NCBI GenBank assembly: GCA_958009085.1
Contig: OY253680.1
Span: forward strand, 682,001-746,000
DNA length: 64,000 nt
Reading direction: 5' to 3'
DNA from: Protoeuglena noctilucae
Taxonomy: Eukaryota
Shown here: positions 22,301 to 33,518 of the stretch, piece after piece
Layout: the number at the start of each line of letters is the position of its first letter
Position numbering within the stretch: the first letter of the stretch is position 1
The notes under the pieces: generated by a model
What the model was told of the DNA's origin: nothing
Database searches by the model: none
What the model saw: the letters and a program-made list of their open reading frames with translations, nothing else
Position numbers and translations under genes: made by a program

Positions 22301-25091
22301 ACGCATGTGGCTAGGGCGTCGTAGTCGGATGCTTGGAATCGGGAAGTCACCAAATCGCTGCATGACTGGTACCAGAGGTCGTCGGGGGAGCCCTCCTCCA
22401 AGCGCACGTTGCCGCCGCTCTGGGGGTGGTGGGTGTGGGGCGGGTGTGGGGGATTGGCGTTATGAGCACACTGAGCTGTGGCAGTAGTACCAGGCTCCCT
22501 TACATAACCATCCTCGTTGCAATCACCCCCTTGCACTCTCCCCCTCACCTCCAGCTCCAAGTCGAGCCTCCTCTCGTACTCAGTCACTACCACCATGCTC
22601 ACTCCCTCACTCCCCCCCCCATCAATCAACTCACCTCCAGCTCCAGGTCGAGCCTCCTCTCGTTCTCCATAGCCACCCCCGCCGCCTCGGCCACCACCGC
22701 CCGCAGCTCCTCCCCCGACCTCCGCATCATCGCCTCTTTTATCTCCAATGCGCGCGTCAACTCACGCACTTTGGCGTTCAACAGTCCCAGGGTGCTGGAG
22801 GGGCCCTCGTCGACGGCACCGCCGTACAGCCGGGCTTCGTGCATGTCACGCTGGGCGGACCTGGGGGGGGTTGGTGGAAGGGGAGGGGTGGGGAGGTGTG
22901 GGTGGGGGTGTGGGGGAGAGGATGTGGGGTTGTGGAGGGTGGTGTGTGCGGCGCGGTGTGGTGTGGTGTGGTGTGGGGTTGGTAGCGGTGGTGAGGGGCG
23001 GATGGTGCGATGAGAGGCAGGTGGTGTGATGTGACTGGGCTGTGGAGGCGATGCAACTATGCGACTGAGCTGTCATGGCTCGCTGTGATGGCCATGCCAC
23101 CACATCGCACTCGCCTGACTTCCCGGTGCATGGCGTCAATGCTCTTGGCCAGGGGGTCCGTCTTGAGCACCAGCCCCTCCCTGGCACGGCGCATCAAAGC
23201 ACGGCACGTGCGGCGCAGCGTCTTGATGCGCATGTTGTAGTACATGCGCTGCGAGGGAGATGTGAAGGGGGGTTGAGCCATACGAGAGATGCGTATATTA
23301 TGTGCATGCCGTGTAGCACGTGCCTTGTGACGCGAGAGCGACAACAGTGTCAGCCATCACAACCTCTATCCCTTCAACCACACGGTGTGTAAGCCAGCTA
23401 TCATGCAATCAACCATCGACCCCTCGCCTTCTTTAGAAACGTGGCCTCCGCCAGTTGCTGCGTGTCGGGTGGGATGTCCATGGCGTCGAGGCTTTGAATG
23501 AGGGGGAGGACGTAGAGGGCGTAGGTCTGGTAGTTGGAGAGCTGGGCCACGGGACAGGGGCCCCTGGGGGGACGATGGGAGCGGGTGCTTAGTACTAGGA
23601 GGGGGGTGGGAAGGGGCCAGGTGTGGGCAAGCGAGGCAAGTGGGGCAAGCGAAGAGGTGGGCAGGGGGGTGAGGGGAGGTGCGGAGAGGCCAGGGAAGGG
23701 CAAGAGGGGCAAGCGGGGCAAACGAGGTGGGGCAGGAGGGGAGGTGGGCAGAGGGGTGAGAAGGGAAGCGCATGTACAGGGTGTGAGATGCAACAGCAGT
23801 GCGCGGCGTGCTGCGATGCGCGATGACTCACCAATGGGGGTCGGCCAGGGCGAGGTGCGTGAGGTTGGGCATGTGCGCCAGGTTGGCTGCGGGGGCGGGG
23901 TATGGATGCTTGAGGTAAGGTGAGGAGAGGGGGGAGTCGATGACTGCAATGACGCTGCGTTTACAGCGGGTAACAATGTCAATAATTGACACCACTTGGT
24001 GCCTATGTGAGCCCTCACCAATCTCGCGGAAGGAGCCGATGAGGTTCTTGGACAGGTTGAGCTTGGTGATGCCCGGGTTGGGGTCCAGCGAGTGGCCCAG
24101 GCTACGGATCCTGCGGCGCGCGCGCGAGTTCCGGGTCTTCACAGGCGCAATAGGCCACAGGGGGCACTTCCCCATCGCGCTGACATCGGCTCTCCGCGCC
24201 CCCTCCGCTCGCCTGTTCCCCGCCAGGTTGAGTTCCTTGAGGTTCTTGAGCGCAGCAATGTTCTCGATGACCGCAATCTGGTTGTCGTTCAGCCACAGCA
24301 CCTCCAGCCCCGCCAAAGCGTCGAGGTTCTCAATGCGGCGGATCTGGTTGCCCCAGAGGAAGAGACGCCTGCGGAAATATTGGAAAATATTCGTTGAATT
24401 TGCAGTTACTCGGAGTCGCACCACTCAACCCCGGCACAGGTGCAGGTGACAACCTGTGCGCCTCACCGCAGCTTGACGCACGCCTGCAGTCCCTGGATGC
24501 GCTCGATGTTGTTCTCCACAAGCCACAGGGATTCCAGGTGCGGGAGGTGCTCGAGGGACTCGATCTTCGTGAAGGTCTGCTGCGCCAGCTGGAGCATGGT
24601 TAACTGCAGTGGGCGGAGACGTGGGCCAGGGTCAAGGATTGCCCCGTAGCTCCTTGCTGGCGGGGCCAAGGAGGGCCGAGTGACCCGCGATGCGTTGCAG
24701 CTGCAAAGACATTGCGGCAGGGCGCCTCGTTAGGAAAGCGCGCGGCAACGGCGCTCGCCTGGGAGAAGAACCGAATGCACGACATGCTGGGGAAGTTGTG
24801 CATGAACATCTCCAGGCGCTTGATGCCGCACTGGCCGCGGATGACCTGCAAAGGCGGAGAACAAGGATCAAGTCCGTTCGGCATCGCGCGGGCGATGCGC
24901 GGGGACGCTGGGCATCGGCCTTCCCTGTCGACGAGCGCTGCGAGCTACGACCGGCCGCTCCTCGCCTGGTCCAATGACAGGCCATTGCATTCGCAAACGT
25001 CCTCCAGGATCTCCATCTCCGCCGCGGTCGGAGGCCCCGAGTCGCCCTGCCCGGGGGCCACGAGGCCCGGGCTTGAAGGCTGGCGCTGCAT
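16320..25091 (-). CDS. LRRC9: Leucine-rich repeat protein 9-like ciliary protein (SDS22-type LRRs flanking a PARP-like domain), roughly 25-30 exons
   Basis: Many LxxLxLxxNxIxxIEGL repeats and LRRcap motifs (LDGRPV). N-terminus EILEDVCECNGL...LEMF. Central region RVVRVHNRHLR, EYLFYG, LLLPEYLVEFEY. Confidence 0.88.
16370..16485. repeat. Intronic hexamer microsatellite (GGTGAG/GGTGGG/GGTGGC)n
   Basis: Visible directly in the last LRRC9 intron. Confidence 0.8.
18580..18854. repeat. Four identical 21-bp copies of an LRRC9 splice acceptor plus exon start
   Basis: TCGATGCGGTTGCCGGAACTG at 18580, 18667, 18757 and 18834 (periods 87, 90 and 77 bp). Confidence 0.92.
19325..19362. repeat. (GTGTGG)n microsatellite in an LRRC9 intron
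   Basis: About six perfect hexamer units. Confidence 0.85.
19678..19702. repeat. (GAGT)n microsatellite in an LRRC9 intron
   Basis: About six tetramer units. Confidence 0.85.
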
Positions 25092-25693
25092 GCTGGGCCG
25101 CAGCGGGAGCCCCGGGCCGCGCGGGCGCTCCGAAAGCCTCCTCTTCGCTAGTTCCAAAGGTCACGAGGAATCGCGATCCAAATGGCGTCGTCAAACACCG
25201 GTGGGACCCCTCGACGCCATGCCGGACATGGCCAGTGGACTTTGGACCCACGTTCGCGATGCTAGGGATTGCGCACCAAAGACAGATAGTCCTATCACTG
25301 CGCATAGAATGCACGGACATCGCGCGCGAGGCTCGCGAGACCAAACGCACGGTCTGGCGTGTGAGCGACAACAGACCCGCGCGGTGTCAAGCCCCGGCAC
25401 AGGCGCTCAAGCCACGCGAGACATGAGAACGTGTGCATCATTCACCCGGAGTGCTGGAACGCTGCATCGTGCCTCCATCGCGGCCATCGGGGGGAGCTCT
25501 TGGCCTCGGCGTGGCCAGCGCCGGCCGCAAAGCCTGACGAGCCCGTTTGGCGCCTCTGATGTGTGTTTCGTCACCTTCGGGACGCGTGGCTATCGTAGGA
25601 ACACCTTCTGGGAGGATTGCGGCTCCCCGCTGGCGGTGCGCTCCGTCGACGCGTGCTAAGGGCCCTCCGCCGCGCGGGCGCTGTCGGTGCGGC

Positions 25694-27359
25694 ATGTCTG
25701 CATCGGCGATGCAAAGACTGGAGGGAGATGGGGCAATTCGCCTTGAAACATCGGGCGCATCGCCGACGACCAGCTCATTCCACGTGCTGAACCCGGCCGG
25801 TGAGTGCCCTGCCCCGCGCGCGCGCTGCCTGCGGCGGTCCTGCCCCGACTGCAATCTCAACGCGCACCGGGTGCTCCCAGGCGAGAGGCTGGCCTGCGTG
25901 ATGCACGAGGCGCCCAGCCATCGCGTCTGCATCCTTTGCCACGGTTACGCGGAGACGAAAAACTGGCCCATTCTCGTCGAAATGGCCGAGGAGCTCGCCC
26001 GGTGAGAACAATGAATTGTCAGTGAGATATAACAGCAACAATTGTTGCTTTCCAACCATAACCGCTGTCACAACAAGGCCGCAGGAGGGGGTGGAACGCG
26101 GTTCGCTTTGATTTCCGCGGAAACGGCGACTCCGAGGGTCATTTCTCTTTCGCGAATTACATGAAGGAGGTCGAGGACGTCCGTGCTGTCGCTGAGCACT
26201 TGCGGGGACGAGGCATGGAGGTGCTGTCCTGGGCTATGCGTGTGCGCTGGGCCGATGCTGCGGGTATGTCCGCAGTATAACAGCACTGACACCCTTGCCT
26301 GGCCTGGCCGCAGGTGACGGGACTGCTGGGCCACAGCAAGGGCGGCGACGTGGTGCTGCTGTACGCATCGAAGCACGACGACATCCCACGGGTCGTCAAC
26401 GTGGCCGGCCGATTCCACATGAAGGTCAGGCGCATGTATGTTATGCATATGCATTTGAATTGCTGGATGTCAAGTTCAGTTTCGTTTTCTCCATCATGGC
26501 TTGTTTGGTTGGTTACCATGGTATCCATGGTATATGGTGATGATGGACTGCACCTATCGTTGCGTGGATGCCATGCATGCGCAGGAGGGCGTGGTGCAGC
26601 GGTTCGGGCAGGGTATCATCGACCAGGTGCTGCAGGAGGGGAGCGCCACTGTGCGGGGGAAGAAGGGCTCGTGGGTGCTGACCAGGTGAGTGGGGATGAG
26701 GAGCGGTGGGTACACGACATGAGGCGTTGGTTGGCGTAACTCACCCAGACACTGTCGGGATGGCTGCACCTCGTAGCGCACTGCGCCATGTCGTGTTATG
26801 GTTGGTGACTGATAGTGTCAATTGGCTGCATGTTGCGGTCGCTGATGCTGGGCAACATTTGACATGTGCTGTATCGCATCTTGTTTCGTTTGCAACGAAG
26901 GGAGAGCTATGAGGAGAGGATGAGCACAGACATGGCGTCCGCCGCGTGTGCCATCCGCACGTCGCGCGTGATGACCGTGCATGAGACGGGAGACCGAGTG
27001 ATACCGGTGCAGGTGATTGGGTGGTTGGGGTGTTATAGGTCATGCCATATCATGTCTCGTCATGGGTGGGTGCGTGTTTATTGTAATGCCTGCTTGGTAC
27101 TGACGAGTACCGATGCACTATCGCTGCCCGCTTTGCCTGTGGCAATCGCTCATTTTCCCAAGACATGGTGCTGTTGTTACCTGCCTGCCTTGTTGTGACA
27201 ATCTCTCTTCTCTCGCAATCGCAGGACGCGCATGAGTTCGACTCCCGCATCCCCAACCACCGACTGGTGCTCATCGATGGCGCGTCGCATCTCTTCCACG
27301 AGCCAGACCATCGGCAGCAGCTGTGTGATGCAGCTATTGATTTTCTCACTGCTCCGTAG
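25694..27359 (+). CDS. Alpha/beta-fold serine hydrolase (Hydrolase_4-like), multi-exon
   Basis: CILCHGY, RFDFRGNGDSEG, nucleophile motif GHSKGG, NVAGRF, TVHETGDRVIP (Asp) and IDGASH (His). TAG stop at 27357-27359. Confidence 0.9.
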
Positions 27360-27641
27360 CTGTGCTGCAGACTGCCGTTGCAGGACTCGCGATGCTGTGC
27401 TGAGCACGACGGCCATGCCGCTCCAGGTGATGGGTGTCGCAAGTTGCAGTGCGAGACATTCAGACAACGGGGTGCGCGTTGATCACGATGCGTGAACAAG
27501 GAGGTATCACGGCGGAACGCATCCGCAAAGAAAGGCTTGGGGTTGCTTGATGCACCCCCCCGTCCTTGCCACACCACAACACAACATCCATGGCTGCTCC
27601 CATCCTTAGGCCCCATGCCTCTATCTCCGCTCTCCCTCTCT

Positions 27642-30600
27642 TCACAGCAGCGCCACGGCCACTGCCATCGCCGCGCAGACCAAAGCCGCCAGCGACAGCC
27701 CAGCCGCACTCGACCCTCCCTGTGTGGCATCGGAACGGGGCTCGCAATGTCACACCAGCAGCAAAAGGCAGCGCACTGATGGGATGGCGATGCATGATAC
27801 GAGATGCGCATAATGAAAGGACACAGATTGCACGCACCAACTCAACACCCCCGGGCCATCGCCACTTGCCTGGTGCGCCGGTGTGCTGGTGGGTGTGCTT
27901 GTAACAGGGGCAGTCGTGGCCAAGGGCGTTGACCCAGCCGCTCCCTGTGTCGCGGACTGCCCACCGGGCGTCGCGGGCCCTGCCACGTTGCGCTGGCTGG
28001 TGTCTGTGACGTGGCCACCCGTGCTGCTGACCGGGGTAGTGGTGGGTGATGGCCCTGCAGATGCGGACGGTGTCGCTGTGGCGCCTCCCGCGGGCGTCGG
28101 GCTGCCCTGGGCGGTTGCGGTGGACGCAGGAGTCGCGGATTGGTCGGCAGAGGGCGGGACGGAAGCGGGAATGACCGGCGATGCGGTCGCGGGGGCAGGG
28201 GTGTTGGTGGGCGTGTTGGTGGGCGTGGCGGTGCTTTGGCTGGGAGGCGACGGCGTCGGCGTGGCAGTCGAGGGAGCGGGCGTCGCGGTGGTCGCGGGTG
28301 TGGCGGTGGGAGTTGGCGACGGGGTGGTGGTGTCGGTGGGTGTTGGGGTGGGGGTGGCATCGGCTGCGGTCGTGGCCAGTGTCGCCGTTGCTTGTCCCGC
28401 GGGCGTGGATGCTGTAGGGGTGGCTGCCTGCGTAGAGACCGTAGCAGCGGGCGTGGCTGCTCCTGAAGGCGTCGGGCTCTGCGTCGGGCTGGGCTGGGGC
28501 GGCAGCGCGATGACGGTCGTGGTGGACGCGGGCGTGGGCGAGGGGGTGGCCGCAGTGGTCGGACTGCCCACGAAGCCACGCGCCGGGATGGGAGTAGGCG
28601 ACGATGTCGGGGATGCAGTGGTAGTGGCAGTGGCAGTGGCAGTGGGGGTGGTGGTGGCACTGCCGGGTGTTGGTGTTGGTGGTGGCGTGGTGGTGACCGG
28701 GTCGGACTTTTGCGTGTACTCGAGCTGTGCGGCCGTCTTGCCAGTGACTTGCATGAGCACGGCGTCGCAGTTGATGCCCTGGGGGCTGATGTAGGGCAGG
28801 GCGTAGGAGAGGTGGAGGGTCTCCACCAGGCAGTACGCCACTTGCCGGTCCGTCCACACCCCCGTGATGGTCGTCTGAGACAGGCTGCGGCCCAGGAGCC
28901 TCTGCGTGGGTGGAAGTGGGTGTTAGGTTTATTAATAGCACAAATTCAGGTTGGTACCCTCGCAGTGCTAGGTGAGGCAGCGGGGGCGGGTCTGGGGTTC
29001 AGAAGTTGGGTCAGTCGATAGTGATGTGTAACATGATATCATAAGCTAACAATCTTCCAGTACACGCAACAGTCGCGTTCAGCATCTCTGGACTCTCGCC
29101 TGTGCCCGGGTGGCGAAGGTGGGGCTGAGCTTGGACAGCGTCCCGGTGATGCCCTGCCCCCGCATGGCCATGACCTCTGAGACCTGACTGGCGGGGATGC
29201 ACTGCGGTTGGGGGTGAAAGCGAATGGGCAAGGGAGTCAGCTGGTACCAGACCACTCAGCTAGTATGATGAGAGCGGAAGAGGTGATGGCAGTTGGCATG
29301 CATGCTTGTAGTGGCACTGCGCATGAGCCGCATCGCAGTCACAGCGTCGCAGCGGCCGTGGCTCACTTGAGAGGGACTGCTGGCGCCGGGGAGGGGCGTG
29401 ACGGTCCCGGCAGGGCAGGGGACGCAGGAGGTGCCATCAGGGGCGCTGAACGTGTCCCTGCGTACGAGAATCACGATACTGTATGTCACATTGCAAGCGA
29501 GTCATGGCAGTCGCGGCACAGTACATCTACTACCTCTAACATGCCATGCCACGCAGCATTACTTCCTTCCTTTTCTGATATAATAGTAAAAGTGCTAGTG
29601 ACACTCGCCTGGGGCAGGTGATGCAGGACGCACTCCCCGCCGCGCTCTGCTGCCGGCCGGGGGGGCAGGGCGTGCAGTGGTCGCTGTTGGGGAGGTAGCT
29701 GAAGGTACCGGGTGCGCAGGGGGTGCACCCCACCACCGCGTCCTGCAACCAAAGGCGGCAAGTGATGTCGTGATTGTGACGGCGGGGTCACCACTGTCGC
29801 CCTCACTGTCACCGTCACCAGTGGTGACAGTGCCCCGTCCACTGTCACCCCACGCTCGTGCACATGCACAACCCCGCACGCTGCCCCATGCTCAGCTCAA
29901 CTCAGTTAACAGGGCCCCTCTCACAACACACGTCGCCCCTTCCCCTCTCAGCACACAACGCTCGCCTGGTAATGCCCGACGGGACAGAACGCAGACGCCA
30001 GCGCGCGCCTCCACTGAACGCCATCATCGGCATAGTACTCGTACTCATAGTAATAGTCATCCCCCGGGTAGTAGTTGTAGTAATCCCCGTCATAGTAACC
30101 CCCGTAGTAGTCGTAGTTAGCGTAGGCGTCGTCGTAGCCATACGCAGCGCCAAAGGATGCTGCTGGGTCGCCCCATCCACCGCTCAGTGCCTGGTACAGC
30201 TCGATGTCCTCTGCGCCACCCGTGGCGGCAGTGTAAACGTCCATGGGAAGCGTCACGGTCCCGGGGCCTGCGAAGCACGCAGCATGGCCAGAGCGTCAAT
30301 GAGGTGTGCAGCCAGGAAACAGTATAATAAGAATTTGATGCAAGAGTTAGACAAACGTTTTACCCGATTTCGAACCAGGCACACATCCCCCACACCCCCG
30401 CCTGCACACCCGCGCCCCTCACCGTACCCCGACCTCAGCGCATACCCCCCCGCCTGCACGCCCCTCAGCGCCAGGTCCACGGTGGCCACCACGTCCTCAA
30501 TCGGGACTTGCATTTCGTAATCGGCCCACGACGCCCCCGGCACCGTCACCATCCAGTAGTCCTGGCCCAGCGCCTGGGCGTTATTCCAGAACATGAGCGG

Positions 30601-33104
30601 CGGGGACTCGAGCGTTTGAAACTCCACCACCGCAGCGCCTGGGAGCAGAATGGTGTGTGTTGGTGAGAGTGGCATGAGTCACAGTGCGAACGCGACATGT
30701 TGATAGTACTATGGAAAGGATTGGCTGACTGGCTGATCGAACATGGCCTGACACTATCGACTGCACCGCACAGTGGGCTGACCCCCTCCTCATGAGATCA
30801 TATCAGATGGGCTCACCGGGTCCCGAGAAGATGTGGTGGGTCATTCCCGCACCATGTGGGCCCACCACCATCTTGGCGCCGCTGAAGGTGTCCATGAGAA
30901 CCTGCACGGGGTCAGCAGAGCCATAACGTCATAAGCGCAACAAGTGCACTTTCTGGGGTCAATCAAAGGCAAGCAGCAACTCCTTCATGATCCTTCATGA
31001 ATGGGAATGGATTAGCTAGTAATACGCACTGAGTGCCTTCCGTCATACAACCGCGAGTAAGGCATCGCCCCTGCCCATAGTGCTATGCTTCCCCACATGC
31101 CCATGCGCACCGGGAGGCTCTCCGTGCCGTCCACGACCACGAACGACTCATCCGGGAAGGCGAGCCTCAGGGACGAGACGAGGAAGTTCTCATTGGCAAC
31201 TTTCCTGAAAGGAGATAGAATGGAGGGATGAGGACGGTTGCGGTGGTGAGCTGCGTAGTCACGGTGAGGCATAGCACAGCACAGCGCACGTGCCAGGTGC
31301 AAAGCCATTCACACAGGTGTAACAGGAGTCACCTGGTGTCTGCGTTGGCTCGTGACACGTACACGATGTGGTCCATGGAGCTGCTCTGCGGAGGCGGGCA
31401 GTGTGGCAAGGAGTGCAGGCAATCACACGTGGCTATGGTATGGTGAGCAGCTGAGCTGTCTGTTGCTATCATCCAAAGCACTGTCGTTATGCCGCATGCG
31501 CTAAGCCAGGTGCTGCTCACCATGGACTGAGCCAAGCCGCCATGCCAACTTACCTTACTGCGCTGTTGACCAACCCAGGGTGCCAGTCACTCACTCACCA
31601 TGGGTGCTCCCAGGGACTCGAGTGCCAGGCCGAGCGCCTCGGGAGGCGGGGTCATGACTGGGAAGGACGCGGGCACGATCACTTGGTCGGCGCAGTAGGC
31701 GACGGTGGGGTCGAACGCCACGACCGCGTCATGGGGAATGCCCAGGGCTTGCAGGTACTGCTCCTCGTGGGGCATCCCCCACATGAGGATCTGCAAGGAT
31801 CAGATACGAGGCTGGTTGGTGTGACTACCTACCAGAGGCATCTGTATTGCAAAGGTGAGGGTCACACAGTGCGACACTGGGTTGACTGGTGTTGTCGTAA
31901 TCAAACATCAGACATCCGACGCTTGCCTTGGTGTCGGCGTCGAGGTGGTCCTTGAGCAGCGCCAGCCGCGGCACCGTGTCGGCCACGAAGTGGTAGTACA
32001 TGTGCCCGTACCTCTGCACCACCGAGGCCATGCGCTGGCCCACCCACGTGCACGAGGCGGGGGTGTCAGAAACCACCTCCACTGGCACGTAGATGGCGTC
32101 AAGCGTGTCAGAATCCCCGTCAGTCGTTGAAGGGACCTGGCCAGTGGGGTCAGTTGTGGTTGTTTGGCTCGTAGTGGGGTCGCCTGCTGACACGGCGCCT
32201 GCGTCGGGCGTGCTCTGCAAAGGCCCACTGGCGCTGCCCCCAGCGGACCCTGGGGTGCCCATGTCAGACGGCTGCCCGGCAGTCGACGGCGGGGTCGCCG
32301 TCCCCGCAGAGTCCCCGGGGCCGGGCACCCCAGTGGTCCCCTCGCCAAACCCCCCGTCTGGCGTGGCGGTTGTCAGAGGGGGGGTGCCAGTGGGCCCGGC
32401 AGAGCCCGGACTGAGCGCATCAGCACCCGCGCCTGCATCGCCGGTGGCCTGGGCCTGCCCCTGCCCGGTGGGAGTGCTGCTGGCGATGGAGGTGCCAGTC
32501 CCGGTGCCAGAGTCGGCGGTCGTTCCTGCTGCTGTGGCCTTGGCGCTGGCCCACATCTCCTGAGCCTCTTCAGGGCTCAGCGGCGGCACAGGGGTCGCTC
32601 CTCCCCCGCCCGCTGCAGAGTTGGGGAGGCTGCCCTGGGGGACGTACAGTCGCCCGTCGGGTGTCAGCACGAAGCCCTCCTCGCCAATCACCACGCCCCC
32701 GTCGGGCAGCAAGGCCACCCAAGCCTCCGCGGCGTCCGCGTAGGGCGTGTCCCCTGCAACGAACCATCAATGGATGGATCACGATTTCAGTAACGCTGCG
32801 GGTGCGCGCGATGCAAAGTCTGGTCCGGAGACTGGCGCCGCGCGACGCGGTTCTCGCCTGTGGGATCCACATCCTGCAACTCGTTCAGGGAGCGGCGGAA
32901 GCGCAGCAGATCCATGGAATGCAGCGACCGGGGGGGCCGTCTCGAGAAGCCCGCGCCCCAGACGCCCCACGAGTCCAGGGCCTGCAGCCCCGCCTCGCTC
33001 GGGTTCCGCCAGCTCATCCAGTCGCTGCTCGCGTCCGCGGCCGCGTGCGCCAGCCTCCAGGAGGCCAGCGCCAGGGCGCAGAACGGCAGCGCATGCCGCC
33101 ACAT
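27642..33104 (-). CDS. Secreted, putatively GPI-anchored protein: GT61 (DUF563) glycosyltransferase domain, Tyr-rich tract, GCC2/GCC3 (ephrin-receptor-like) Cys repeats and a Thr/Pro/Ala mucin-like stalk
   Basis: Signal peptide MWRHALPFCALALASWRLAHA. GT61 motifs YYHFVADTVPRL, IVYVSR, VVGPHGAGMTH and AVVEF. Cys repeats CTPCAPGTFS..CTPCPPG..CITCP..CVPCPAG. Last exon 27719-27642 encodes GGSSAAGLSLAALVCAAMAVAVALL*. Confidence 0.85.
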
Positions 33105-33518
33105 CTTTCCCGATCGGCCCGCGCGCGCGGGCTGCATCAGCATGTCTTGATCGCTAAAACAGCAAAAAAAATCGAGCCGAGGCGTCTTCTGCGCACCTTC
33201 GTCGCGGCCGAGGCCACTGCGAGAGTGCAGGCGGGGCCGACGAGACGGACAGGAGCGCGGAACGAAAACGCACGGAGTTTCCAAACCTGATTCAACAAAG
33301 AAAGCCCGAGTCGCTGCGGGCGCGATCGAGAACGGTCCGGCGGGCGTGCATCTAATGGAGTCTGGAGAGTCTGGAGGCCTACCTCGCATGCAAACAGCGG
33401 CCTCATCCGCTGCAAAGGTTGTCGAGAGTCTTGTGTATCCGTCTTCGCCACCGCAAGTCGTGGCCTGCCTCAGGCGCGGATCGAGGCCGTCCCGAAGAGG
33501 GGCGACCCAAACGTGAGC

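Noticed and set aside
23585..23765. Purine-rich GGGGCAAG/GAGGTGGGCAG repeats as a mobile element
   Set aside because: Degenerate intronic minisatellite with no terminal repeats or coding capacity.
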